Source: an uncultured Alphaproteobacteria bacterium (GTDB taxonomy: Bacteria > Pseudomonadota > Alphaproteobacteria > RF32 > CAG-239). From it: 64,000 nt of DNA. Below the pieces are notes generated by a model. That model did no database searches and had not been told where the DNA came from. It saw only the letters and a program-made list of their open reading frames with translations. The translations under genes were made by a program, and so were the position numbers. The DNA is taken from positions 121,750-185,749 of the forward strand of contig CAJTJB010000003.1 in NCBI GenBank assembly GCA_910576955.1, given 5' to 3'. Below, piece by piece: positions 45,324 through 54,933 of this stretch (the first letter of the stretch is position 1; every line of letters starts with the position of its first letter).

Positions 45324-46205
45324 ATGGCGTCTGCAACCCCTGATAACACAACGGGTCTAACCCGAAATCCCGACCGCAAGCTAGGTATTATTGCCGGCGG
45401 CGGCGAGCTGCCGCAAAAGCTCTTGGAGTGGTGCAAAAAAAACAATCGCGCGTATCACGCTTTGGCGATTAAAGGCAATGCCTGCGAGGAATATTTCACC
45501 AAAGATACCCCGCACGATTGGATAAGGATTGGGCAGGCAGGAACAGGTTTTAAGCGTTTTAAGGAAGAGGGTGTAAAAGAGATTGTTTTAATCGGCACGA
45601 TTAAGCGCCCGACGCTTGCCGAGTTAGTGCCTGATTTGCGCACGGCGGCGTTTTTTGCCAAACTCGGCGCGAAATCTCTGGGCGATGACGGCATTCTCCG
45701 CGCGTTGGTGAAAGAAATTGAGGGCGAGGGGATGAAAGTTATCGGCATACAGGAGGTTGTGCCGGATTTGCTGGCGCGCGCGGGCACGCTGACCAAAAAG
45801 AACCCCGATAAAGAAGACGAAGAGGATATCCGCCGCGGCATAGAAGTTGCTTCGGCATTAGGGCGTTTGGATGTCGGGCAGTCGGTGGTGGTGCAGCAGG
45901 GCTTGGTGCTGGGCGTCGAGGGCATCGAGGGCACGGATAAGCTGATAACCCGTTGTGCAGACTATCAGCGCAAGGGTAAAGCCCCCGTGCTGGTAAAATT
46001 AAGAAAGCCGCAGCAGGATATGCGCATAGACCTGCCGACCATCGGCACCCGAACGGTGGAAAACGCGCATAACAGCGGTTTTAAAGGCATCGCCGTACAC
46101 GCGGGTAATACGCTGATTGTCAACGAGGCGGAAGTGATAAAGCTGGCAAATAAATACGGAATGTTTATAAAAGGGATAATTCCGGCGGAGGAGGGGCAAT
46201 GTTAA
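45324..46205 (+). CDS. lpxI: UDP-2,3-diacylglucosamine pyrophosphatase LpxI (DUF1009)
   Basis: LGIIAGGGELP..GVKEIVLIG..DVGQSVVV..GIEGTD..DLPTIG; typical LpxI. It sits directly upstream of lpxB and overlaps it. Start chosen at ATG 45324. Confidence 0.85.
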   Translation: MASATPDNTTGLTRNPDRKLGIIAGGGELPQKLLEWCKKNNRAYHALAIKGNACEEYFTKDTPHDWIRIGQAGTGFKRFKEEGVKEIVLIGTIKRPTLAELVPDLRTAAFFAKLGAKSLGDDGILRALVKEIEGEGMKVIGIQEVVPDLLARAGTLTKKNPDKEDEEDIRRGIEVASALGRLDVGQSVVVQQGLVLGVEGIEGTDKLITRCADYQRKGKAPVLVKLRKPQQDMRIDLPTIGTRTVENAHNSGFKGIAVHAGNTLIVNEAEVIKLANKYGMFIKGIIPAEEGQC

Positions 46206-47353
46206 TTTATTTGATAGCGGGCGAACCCTCGGGCGATATGCTGGGCGTGCGTTTAATGCGCGCCTTGAAAGCGGAGGCACCGGACGTGCGGTTTGCCGGT
46301 GTTGGCGGTGAAAATATGGAAAAAGCCGGCTTGAAATCGCTGTTTGACATCACAGACCTTGCCATAATGGGGCTGGCAGAGGTGATTCCGAGCATCCCGA
46401 AAGTTTTGCGCCGCATCCGCGAAACCGTTGCCGATATTGAGGCAAAAAAGCCTGATGTTGTGGTAACGATAGATAGCTGGAGCTTTTCCGCCCGCGTGCA
46501 TAAAGCGTTGCGCAAAAAAGGCATAAAGACGTTGCAAATGCATTATGTCGCGCCGCAGGTTTGGGCGTGGAAAAAGGGCAGGGCGAAAACAATGCACAAA
46601 TATATCGACCGCCTGCTGACCCTGTTTCCGAACGAACCGGCATATTTCACGCCGCACGGGCTCAAAACCGATTTTGTCGGTCATCCGGTCATTGAAAGCT
46701 CGATGATAAATGCCAACCCGCAGGATTTTTTGCATAAATACAACGTTCCGACAGATAAAAAAATCGCGCTCATTCTCCCCGGCTCGCGCCATAACGAAGT
46801 CGCAAATCTTTTGCCGGTGTTTCTTGAAACCGCCGCGGCGCTGAAGCAAAATCATCCCGAGCTTTATTTTGTGCTCCCGACCGTCAAAACCGTTGAAAAC
46901 CGCGTTAAAAACATCTTGGCGGAAAAAGGCGCGGAGGTGTTGGTTGTCAACACGCAGGAAGACCGTTACGCCGCTGCCCGCGCTGCTAAAATGGCGATTG
47001 CCGCCTCGGGAACGGTAGCATTAGAACTGGCAATAGTCAACGTGCCGCACCTGATAGCCTATAAAGCGCCGAAAATCACCGCTTGGCTGGTGCGCCATAT
47101 CTCAAACATCAAATATGTCAATCTGACAAATATTCTGCTTGATAAGCCGATTGTGCCGGAGTTGCTGCAAGAGGACTGTACCAAAGAAAAGCTGCTCGCC
47201 GCGGCAGAAGATTTGCTCAATGAGCGTTCGGAGCTGCACAAGCGCGAATTAAACGGTTTTGAAGACTTGCGCGCCGCATTGGGCTTCGGACAGGAGTATC
47301 CCAGCCAAAAAGCCGCAGAAATCATCCTGCAGGCGATAAAAGAAAGGGCATAA
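46199..47353 (+). CDS. lpxB: Lipid-A-disaccharide synthase
   Basis: MLIYLIAGEPSGDMLG N-terminus, length 384 aa, synteny with lpxI. Confidence 0.92.
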   Translation: MLIYLIAGEPSGDMLGVRLMRALKAEAPDVRFAGVGGENMEKAGLKSLFDITDLAIMGLAEVIPSIPKVLRRIRETVADIEAKKPDVVVTIDSWSFSARVHKALRKKGIKTLQMHYVAPQVWAWKKGRAKTMHKYIDRLLTLFPNEPAYFTPHGLKTDFVGHPVIESSMINANPQDFLHKYNVPTDKKIALILPGSRHNEVANLLPVFLETAAALKQNHPELYFVLPTVKTVENRVKNILAEKGAEVLVVNTQEDRYAAARAAKMAIAASGTVALELAIVNVPHLIAYKAPKITAWLVRHISNIKYVNLTNILLDKPIVPELLQEDCTKEKLLAAAEDLLNERSELHKRELNGFEDLRAALGFGQEYPSQKAAEIILQAIKERA

Positions 47354-47358
47354 GATAA

Positions 47359-49323
47359 ATGAGATGGTGGCTGCGCAAACAGTTTCTGCGCCTGAAACTT
47401 TACGCCTCCGAGAATTATTATAACGAGGCGGAGAGCCTGATTGTCTGGTACGCCGTCTGTTTTGCGCTCGGAGCGGCATTTTATTTTGCGCTGCCGCTGG
47501 AGCTGCCGGTGTGGACGGTTGCTGTTTTTCCGGAGCTCATTCTGCTGTTGCTGTATTTAACGCGTGCCGAGCGGGAGAAATTTAAGCTCTGGACATACGT
47601 TTTGCTGTTTGCGCTGGGCTTGAGCATCGCCAAGGTCGACAGTATGTACCGTGCTGCACATCTTGAAAATAATTTGCCGGAAATCACATATTTAAGAGGG
47701 AAAGTTAAAGAATTAGATTACAATTCAAACAATCGCCCGCGCATTTTACTAACTGCCGCGGATGATTTTGAACGCCGACTCAAAGGGGATTACCGCATCA
47801 GCCTGATATATGCTGAAAAGTGGCTGAAACCGGGCATTTGCGTTGAGACGGTCGCCAAACTGCCGAAACGCTACACGCCCAATCCGTTAAGCAATTATAA
47901 TTTTGAACGGGCGAATTTCTATAAAGGCATCAGCGCCGGCGGATACAGCATTGCGCCGCTGTTTGAAGTCGAATGTGACGAACCCGCGCCCGCCGTTTCG
48001 GAAACCATCGGCAATATCCGCAGTTATATCAAAGATACAGTCACGAAAAACACGACGCCCGAACAAGGCGGAATAATCAAAGCCTTAACCATCGGCGATA
48101 AAAGCGGCATAGCCGAAGAGCAGACGGAAAATTATCGCACGGCGGGTTTGGCGCATTTTCTCGCCATATCCGGTATGCATATGGGAATGATTGCGCTGTT
48201 GGTGTTTTTTCTGTTTCGCGCGCTGCTGTTTTCGTTCGGAGCAGGGCGGTATGACTTGCGTAAACCGGCAGCAATCACCGCGCTGGCGTTCACGTTTGCA
48301 TATTTTCTGATATCAGGGCAGAGCGTATCATGCATAAGGGCGTTTGTGATGACCTCGCTGGTGCTGTTGGGCGTGTTGTTGAACCGCCGTGCGATTACGC
48401 TGCGCCTGTGGGCGTTTGCGGTGTTGGTTGTCACGGTCATCACGCCGTCTGCGGTTGTGTCGCCGGGGTTTATGATGTCATTTGCCGCGGTGCTGGGCTT
48501 GGTGGCTTTTTATGAGCAACACGGCAACCGCCTGCGCAGCTGGTTTTCCGCACAAAGCCTGATGGGCAAAATCGGCGCATATCTCGCCGGTGTCCTCATA
48601 ACCGACCTTGTCGCAAGCTTAATGACACTGCCGTACAGTATGTATTATTTTCATCAGGTTTCGGTTTATACGAGCCTCGGCAATTTGCTTGCCGCACCAG
48701 TGATTGCGTTTTGGATAATGCCGGCGCTGCTGCTGTTTTTAATCAGCCTGCCGCTGGGGCTGGGGGAATATGCGGTTAAGCCGCTTGCCGCCGGTGTGGA
48801 TGTTATCAATCATATCACGGCGTGGGTATCATCATTGCCTGCTGCCAAAAGCGGCGAAGGGGTAGGGGCAATGCCCGACTGGGGCATTTTCGTTTTAACG
48901 CTTGGTTTATTGTGGCTCTGTATCTGGCAGTCACGCTGGCGCCGCTGGGGCTGGCTTGGTATAGTCGCCGGCTTGATAGGATTATACTTCACACCCGCAC
49001 CGGATTTTGTGTTTGATGAAAGCGGCACAACCTACGCCTATAAAAACACCTCTGGCAAATTAAGTTTAAGCCCATACCATAAAAACCGCTTTTTATCCAA
49101 AATGTGGACCGGCACGAACAAACCTGCAGAAGACGAAAGCTTAATATGTGACAAAAAGAGTTGCGTTTATAAAGAAAGAATAGAGTTCGGCAAAGGCTGG
49201 CTTAAGCTCGACGGCAAAAACATCCCCCTCAAATCCGGCGGTTATATCAACTTAAAAAGCGGCATCCGCTATCATCACCCCGAGCATTCCCGCCCGTGGA
49301 ATAGGCGCTTTATCTCATCGTGA
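47359..49323 (+). CDS. comEC: ComEC/Rec2-family membrane protein (no metallo-beta-lactamase domain seen)
   Basis: 654 aa and polytopic. Contains the ComEC competence-domain signature region TAGLAHFLAISGMHMG. Confidence 0.8.
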   Translation: MRWWLRKQFLRLKLYASENYYNEAESLIVWYAVCFALGAAFYFALPLELPVWTVAVFPELILLLLYLTRAEREKFKLWTYVLLFALGLSIAKVDSMYRAAHLENNLPEITYLRGKVKELDYNSNNRPRILLTAADDFERRLKGDYRISLIYAEKWLKPGICVETVAKLPKRYTPNPLSNYNFERANFYKGISAGGYSIAPLFEVECDEPAPAVSETIGNIRSYIKDTVTKNTTPEQGGIIKALTIGDKSGIAEEQTENYRTAGLAHFLAISGMHMGMIALLVFFLFRALLFSFGAGRYDLRKPAAITALAFTFAYFLISGQSVSCIRAFVMTSLVLLGVLLNRRAITLRLWAFAVLVVTVITPSAVVSPGFMMSFAAVLGLVAFYEQHGNRLRSWFSAQSLMGKIGAYLAGVLITDLVASLMTLPYSMYYFHQVSVYTSLGNLLAAPVIAFWIMPALLLFLISLPLGLGEYAVKPLAAGVDVINHITAWVSSLPAAKSGEGVGAMPDWGIFVLTLGLLWLCIWQSRWRRWGWLGIVAGLIGLYFTPAPDFVFDESGTTYAYKNTSGKLSLSPYHKNRFLSKMWTGTNKPAEDESLICDKKSCVYKERIEFGKGWLKLDGKNIPLKSGGYINLKSGIRYHHPEHSRPWNRRFISS

Positions 49324-49369
49324 GGCATTGCAAGAGCTTTAGCCCGTGACAATATCCCTCTTTTTAGTA

Positions 49370-49406
49370 GTCATTGCGAGGCTTGCTTGCAAGCCGTGGC
49401 AATCTC
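49370..49406 (+). repeat. Family A repeat
   Basis: gtcattgcgaggcttgcttgcaagccgtggcaatctc. Confidence 0.9.
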
Positions 49407-49440
49407 CCTCTTTTACCCTCCTCCCCCCTCATTCTTACCC

Positions 49441-49489
49441 GTCATCCCTCGAATCGTTGCAGGTGGCGCTGCCACTCAAGGGATCTCCC
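49441..49489. repeat. Family C repeat
   Basis: gtcatccctcgaatcgttgcaggtggcgctgccactcaagggatctccc. Confidence 0.9.
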
Positions 49490-49563
49490 GCTCCAAGAGC
49501 ATACTCACACAGCCCGCGCATAGCTTTTTACCTCCCCCCCAGCGAGGGGCTTGCTCTTTGAAT

Positions 49564-49608
49564 CTCCTCCCCCTTGGCGGGGGAGGTAAGGGAGAGGGGG
49601 AAATAAAG
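49564..49608. repeat. Family B repeat
   Basis: ctcctcccccttggcgggggaggtaagggagagggggaaataaag. Confidence 0.9.
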
Positions 49609-49745
49609 CAACAAAAAAAACACAGCCCGCGCGTAGCGACACCCCCTCTCACCCCGCCGCAGCCCAAAGTAAACCCCAACAAGTTGGGCGCTGCCACTGC
49701 CACAAAAAAACGGCACTGTATAATACAGTACCGCTTAAATAGCTA

Positions 49746-50255
49746 TTATCCTTCAACGGAATGAACAAGGCTATAAACCAGAAAATCTTCGGGAATTCCC
49801 TCTCTCTGAAAGACTTTATAAGCCTTTGGCGTCAGTTTGCATTTGCAAATGTAACGGCGTAAAGCGCGATGGTCACCCATCCGGATCAGGGCAACCTGCA
49901 GAGGTGTCATAACCTCATCAAATTTCTGGATGTCAGTGTGAGCCAAAAGCATATCGGCATAAGCATTGGCAATACCTCGCCCGAATGGAATAAGTTTCTC
50001 CACATCGTGATAACTTATAAAAGCATTGGGCGATGTTACTAACATAAATCTGATTTCATTCAGATTACCTCTTTCTACCAGAGCATCTAATGCATCGGGC
50101 CACAAAAGGGTACGGGCAATTGCCATCATGATTTCTTCGTGGTTTCCCCGTTGAACAAGTGCGACATCTTCACCGCCCATCAACGTTTCAGAATTGGTCA
50201 GATACTCAATAATTGCAGTGTGTTTTCCTGCCTTAATCAACTCAAATAATTTCAT
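49746..50255 (-). CDS. Hypothetical protein (helical-repeat-like)
   Basis: 169-aa ORF with no recognisable motif. Confidence 0.5.
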   Translation of the reverse strand: MKLFELIKAGKHTAIIEYLTNSETLMGGEDVALVQRGNHEEIMMAIARTLLWPDALDALVERGNLNEIRFMLVTSPNAFISYHDVEKLIPFGRGIANAYADMLLAHTDIQKFDEVMTPLQVALIRMGDHRALRRYICKCKLTPKAYKVFQREGIPEDFLVYSLVHSVEG

Positions 50256-50337
50256 AAGATAAAAGTTTTAAAGATAAATAATAGATAATATAAAAATATG
50301 TAAGCAGCCAAAAGACTAACATTAAACTGCTTTTTTG

Positions 50338-51417
50338 TCAAGATTTATTTTTCTTCACATCTTCAATAATCCGCTTAAACTTCTCCGCCGTCTGCTCGGT
50401 AGTGAAGTTCTTGAGCGTAATCTCCTGCGCGCGTCTGGCTTTTTCAAGACGTTCCGCCTCGTTTGCCGGGTCAAGGTAATACTTAATCAGCGCCACCAAC
50501 TCCTCTTCCGTCTTCCACATCGGCACGGAATCACCGTAAACAGCTTCAATCTCGGGCATATAGTCAGAGATAAGCATCGTCCCACACGCCGTCACATCGT
50601 ATGTACGGTTGTTGATAAACCCGTTATCGCGCATATCCCCGCGATGGTCATTCAAGACAATCTTTGCCGAGCTGTAATACCGGTGCAATTCTTTATTGTC
50701 AATAAAACCGCCTTTTGCCACATCTCCCCAGTTCGGACCATAAATCGTAATCGGCAACCCATATTTTAAGGCAATAACCGGCGCGCCGCTTTTCCGAATA
50801 GCTCCCACAAAGAGAACATCGCTTTTTACAGTTTCATCATATTCATAATAAAATTTCTGCGTATTTGTAAATTGCGGAACATAATAGGCATTAAATCCCG
50901 CTTTTTTAAGCTTTTCGGAATAAGGAAATGACGCAACCGCCAACGCGTCATAAAACTGTAATTCATCATACGCAAGCTGCTGTCCGCCAAATACATTAAG
51001 CTTAATCTTATCACGCTTACCAATAAATTCTTTTTGCGGTTTTGTATAGCGCAACGGGTAGAGCATATAAGCAATATTGATATGCCTGTGGTCAGGAAAC
51101 GGCGGTTTGAATTTATAATATCCCCTCAAATAAACCTGAATACCGAAATAGTCATGATAAGATTTTCTTTCTTCCATAAAAACCATATCCGGCAAAGAAT
51201 GCGAAATTTTAAAAGCCTCCACCAAGTCATATCCCAGCCAGACTTCTCCGGGATAAGTATCCCGATACGCACAGTTATTAACCAAAACAGCGTCATAGTC
51301 AATATCGGGTTTAGTTTGCTTTTCTGCTGTCCAAAAGCGCTGTTGAAAAGCCTGTTCAACGGCAAAACATAAAAACACCCCGATAATAAATGAAAAAACA
51401 ATCTTATATCTCGTCAT
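50338..51417 (-). CDS. CgeB-like glycosyltransferase-domain protein (Glyco_trans_1_2/DUF3880-like), short paralog
   Basis: The C-terminal ~190 aa are about 85-90% identical to those of the 52241-54064 product (..YYSSAKIVLNDHRGDM..ISDYMPEIEAVYGDSVPMWKTEEELV..ANEAERLEKARRAQEITLKNFT). N-terminal TM helix. Confidence 0.7.
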   Translation of the reverse strand: MTRYKIVFSFIIGVFLCFAVEQAFQQRFWTAEKQTKPDIDYDAVLVNNCAYRDTYPGEVWLGYDLVEAFKISHSLPDMVFMEERKSYHDYFGIQVYLRGYYKFKPPFPDHRHINIAYMLYPLRYTKPQKEFIGKRDKIKLNVFGGQQLAYDELQFYDALAVASFPYSEKLKKAGFNAYYVPQFTNTQKFYYEYDETVKSDVLFVGAIRKSGAPVIALKYGLPITIYGPNWGDVAKGGFIDNKELHRYYSSAKIVLNDHRGDMRDNGFINNRTYDVTACGTMLISDYMPEIEAVYGDSVPMWKTEEELVALIKYYLDPANEAERLEKARRAQEITLKNFTTEQTAEKFKRIIEDVKKNKS

Positions 51418-51937
51418 TTTTCAGTCCTTGTATAATAGAATGCAGCCAAACGGCAAATGAACGAACATCAATATCGCTATCAAAAAAGTCGGTCTGGCAA
51501 AGATTTTTCTCCAAACAATTATGAATGGCAAAAAAAGCGGTTTTGTAATTAAATTGGCTTAAATAACCGTGATGGTATTCATTAATCGGCAATACCAGCT
51601 GATATGCGTCAAAAGCCTGTAAATCAAAATCATTAAAACAATCCCCGACAATAGCAATGTTTGTTCTGTTGCTGTCCGGGGGCGGAATGGGTATCGGGTC
51701 ATAATCTTTGCGGGTATGGACAAATTGTAAGTTAGTGCGCGGCAAAAAATCCGGACAGGAAAAAGAATATCCCAATTTTAACAATTCAAATTTTAATTTT
51801 TGGGCAAACGGACCGTAAAACAGGGCATGGGGAGCATGAATTTCCGCGCAATAATGCCATTTATGCCATAAAAAATGCCCGAAGGATATACCCAAAGCAA
51901 TAAAAAACACACAAAATATAAGTTGAACTTTGTTCAT
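51404..51937 (-). CDS. Membrane-anchored hypothetical protein, overlaps the downstream CgeB-like gene by 14 nt
   Basis: 177 aa with an N-terminal TM helix. Positioned like the N-terminal half of the long paralog. Confidence 0.55.
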   Translation of the reverse strand: MNKVQLIFCVFFIALGISFGHFLWHKWHYCAEIHAPHALFYGPFAQKLKFELLKLGYSFSCPDFLPRTNLQFVHTRKDYDPIPIPPPDSNRTNIAIVGDCFNDFDLQAFDAYQLVLPINEYHHGYLSQFNYKTAFFAIHNCLEKNLCQTDFFDSDIDVRSFAVWLHSIIQGLKNDEI

Positions 51938-51961
51938 CGTCTTGTATCTTTCGTTCTAATT

Positions 51962-51991
51962 AAAAGAAAAAGACCGCAAAGTTAGGCGGTC
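51962..51991 (-). terminator. Intrinsic terminator/attenuator hairpin about 25 nt upstream of the 51937 start codon
   Basis: Minus strand: gaccgcctaactttgcggtc followed by tttttctttt. Confidence 0.65.
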
Positions 51992-52110
51992 GGGAGTTAG
52001 AACAGTCAGATACAAATGACCTCGTTGCCTTACGAACAACGACATCCCGACCTTTAGGTGTCGGGACACTTGGTAGCAAATGTTGCATCTTGGTGTTCTA
52101 AGCCAATCTA
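51962..52110 (-). ncRNA. Candidate structured leader RNA / sRNA ending in the terminator
   Basis: Nested complementarities: uuagaaca (52094-52101) with uguucuaa (51997-52004); ucccgac/gucggga hairpin (52045-52066); ucguug/caacga hairpin. A second ucccgacc overlaps the 5' arm of the terminator, giving an alternative pairing. Confidence 0.35.
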
Positions 52111-52240
52111 CTAACTATGTGTCACTTTTCAAAATAGAAAAGTAAGCACAGTATAAGAAATATAAGATAAAAGACAATAAAAAAAAGCACCTATTCACAT
52201 TGCAAAAATATGAATAAAATAAAAAAGATAAAACAATAAG

Positions 52241-54064
52241 CTATTTTTTCTTTACATCTTCAATAATCCGCTCAAACTTCTCCGCTGTTTGTTCGGCAGT
52301 AAAGTTTTTGAGTGTGATTTCCTGTGCCCGTTTGGCTTTTTCAAGACGTTCCGCCTCGTTTGCGGGATCAAGGTAATATTTAATCAATTCGACAAGTTCT
52401 TTTTCCGTCTTCCACATTGGCACGGAATCGCCGTAAACAGCCTCAATCTCGGGCATATAGTCAGAAATAACGAGGGTTCCGCACGCTGTACCGTCAAAAA
52501 TCCGGTTGCTGATAACGCCGTGAACCAACATCTCGGGTCGGGAATCGTTTAAGACAATCTTTGCCGAGCTGTAATAGCGGTGTAAATCGCGGTTGTCGAT
52601 AAATTCGCCTTTGGCATCGCCGCCCCAATACGGACCATAAATCGTAATCGGCAGTTTGTGCTCAAGGGCAATCTGTGCCGCCCGCCGATAGGGCGCATTC
52701 CGCCCCACAAACAACACCTCGGACTTAACGCTCTCGTCATAGTCAGGATAAAACCGCTTGGTATTGGTAAATTGCGGAATATAATACGTCCGGACGCCGC
52801 GTTCGTTCAAAACCTGAGCCAAACGCTCCGAAGCAGTCGCCACGGCATCGTATTGCGCCAACGCTTCCGCACTTTCCTGATAATACGCCTCAACATCGTT
52901 AATTGCCTTTGTGCCGGCTTCGTCGCCAAGCTGCGGATACGCCAGATAAAAAATGTTTATATCGCCGCTTTTGCGATGCAAAACATTCAGAAAACCCCGC
53001 ACTGAAATATTGACAGCCGTCCGATACTCAAATAAAGAATTAAAATAACTTAAAGCCGTGTTCCAGCCGTCTTTGCTGAAATATGACGCCAAATCCTGCG
53101 CCAGCCAAAAATCGCCGCTTGCCGTATGCCCCACGGCGACGGGAATGTCAATATTAAGGCTGTTTTGCGCCGGCTTAAGCGTAAGGTTTTTGCCGTTGTG
53201 AATGATGGAAACAAACTCGTCTGCCGCCCGTTTGAGGGAATATTCGTTTTTAACGAGCCTGCGCGCGCTTTGTGCCCGCCGGGAAATTGCCTCGGGCAGG
53301 GGAGATGCCGCCATCTCGTTAATCAGCCGTTCCGCGTCTTTTTCATCTATATAAAAATTAATATTGTCGTTAAAGAGGTTAATAGCCTCGCTCTCATCCG
53401 GCCAAGCCCAAAAAGCCGCCAGCGGAACTTTTTGCGCCGCAAGGGCAAAAAATATCGGGTGCAGATCTAGCGGACCGTTGGAAAAAGCCGTGTTTTCGGC
53501 AAATACCGCCTGAAATTTCCCCATATCCCGCAAAATATTATCTTCTTGCGTCAACTGATATTTGCGATACGGCAGGTTCAGACGTTTCAAAGTTTCTTCG
53601 GCAAAGCGCGGCTCGCCGATAAGGGCAATAAACTTTTTCTCCCGCGGCTCAATGTCAATATGCGAGGTAAATAACGGCAGATAAAAAGACTTATCGCCGC
53701 TCTCCTGCAAAAAACCGTTTAACAGCCTCGTGGAAGCAAAAACAAAATCAAACGGACGCACATCCGGCGTAATTGCAGGGCGGCTTCCCATCCACAAAAT
53801 GCTGTTTTCCTCGGGCTGAAATAACGGCGGCAAGGTATCGCCGTCTTCAAAATTGGTTGTATAAAGCGTATAAGTTTTACCGAACTCGCCGGAAATCCTG
53901 CGGTTGACTTCAGCCGCCAGCTGTTCGGCATACGGGCGGATTTTCCCTTGCACGCTGTCGGCAATCACCACTTTGGCGCGCATCATATAAACCGCCGCCG
54001 CTGCGAATGCGATAAGCAAAACGCCGCCGATAATGAGGGCTTTTTTTAATGCCGTCCGTCTCAT
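52241..54064 (-). CDS. CgeB-like glycosyltransferase-domain protein, long paralog
   Basis: 607 aa with an N-terminal TM anchor. The C-terminal domain is shared with 50338-51417. Confidence 0.7.
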   Translation of the reverse strand: MRRTALKKALIIGGVLLIAFAAAAVYMMRAKVVIADSVQGKIRPYAEQLAAEVNRRISGEFGKTYTLYTTNFEDGDTLPPLFQPEENSILWMGSRPAITPDVRPFDFVFASTRLLNGFLQESGDKSFYLPLFTSHIDIEPREKKFIALIGEPRFAEETLKRLNLPYRKYQLTQEDNILRDMGKFQAVFAENTAFSNGPLDLHPIFFALAAQKVPLAAFWAWPDESEAINLFNDNINFYIDEKDAERLINEMAASPLPEAISRRAQSARRLVKNEYSLKRAADEFVSIIHNGKNLTLKPAQNSLNIDIPVAVGHTASGDFWLAQDLASYFSKDGWNTALSYFNSLFEYRTAVNISVRGFLNVLHRKSGDINIFYLAYPQLGDEAGTKAINDVEAYYQESAEALAQYDAVATASERLAQVLNERGVRTYYIPQFTNTKRFYPDYDESVKSEVLFVGRNAPYRRAAQIALEHKLPITIYGPYWGGDAKGEFIDNRDLHRYYSSAKIVLNDSRPEMLVHGVISNRIFDGTACGTLVISDYMPEIEAVYGDSVPMWKTEKELVELIKYYLDPANEAERLEKAKRAQEITLKNFTAEQTAEKFERIIEDVKKK

Positions 54065-54078
54065 CGAGCCGCCGCCGG

Positions 54079-54933
54079 TTATTCGCCGTTTCCGGACGTT
54101 GCCGCGTTTTTAACGCTCTGCACGGCTTGCATAATCAGTTCCTGCTTTTTCTTTTCGGAAATAGCCTGTCCTTGAAGTTGCCTTAAAATCTGTTTCATTG
54201 CCGTTTGCGCTTTAAGAATCTCATCGGCAGAAAGATTTTCTTTTTGCGCCAAAGCTTCCACTTCTTCATAAATCAGCTCAATCGTTCCTTTCTGCTCGGC
54301 CTCTCTGCTCCAGTTATCAAACAAAACGCCGGTAGCAATAATCCATATTGCCGACATCACCAGCGCCAAAAAGCGGAATTTGGCAATAATCGGTTCATTG
54401 TCCGAACCGTAAATTTCATCGTCTTTGTTTTTCTCGCCATACAACCCGTCTTCATCGTCCGTCGGCTTAGAGAGAAGCTTAATCATCACCACTGCCCACG
54501 CCAGCGCCGGAACAGATGCATATGTCGGGTTAATAAACATAAAAGCCATCAAAACCGCGGTAACTGCCAAATACAGCGCCGAACGCTTGTTTGTATCGTG
54601 CAGGCGGCGCGCCGTAACCGCAAAAGAGGGAATGAGCGTTGCCAACGCATAATAATACGGCAAAAGCGGCATATCAATATAATCGCCCAAAAGGTAAAGC
54701 GGCAGATATAACAGCGAAGAAACGACCGCAAAGCCCCAAAATTCCAACCGTGTTGCCCGCCCGCGAAATTGCAGGTATTTTGCAGTAATGCCGCGCAGAT
54801 AATAATCAAACGCGTCGCCCCATGCCTCGTGCATATGCTCTTTGTCAATGCCTTTCGGGGCAGGGCGTAGCTTATCTTCCGCAGCGATATTGTCTTCGTT
54901 TTGAACTAATATGTCTTTATCTTTAATCAGCAT
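54079..54933 (-). CDS. DUF805-family inner-membrane protein with C-terminal helical extension
   Basis: GRATRLEFWGF...AVTARRLHDTNKRSALYL matches the DUF805 (YhaH/YhaI-like) signature. Confidence 0.7.
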   Translation of the reverse strand: MLIKDKDILVQNEDNIAAEDKLRPAPKGIDKEHMHEAWGDAFDYYLRGITAKYLQFRGRATRLEFWGFAVVSSLLYLPLYLLGDYIDMPLLPYYYALATLIPSFAVTARRLHDTNKRSALYLAVTAVLMAFMFINPTYASVPALAWAVVMIKLLSKPTDDEDGLYGEKNKDDEIYGSDNEPIIAKFRFLALVMSAIWIIATGVLFDNWSREAEQKGTIELIYEEVEALAQKENLSADEILKAQTAMKQILRQLQGQAISEKKKQELIMQAVQSVKNAATSGNGE

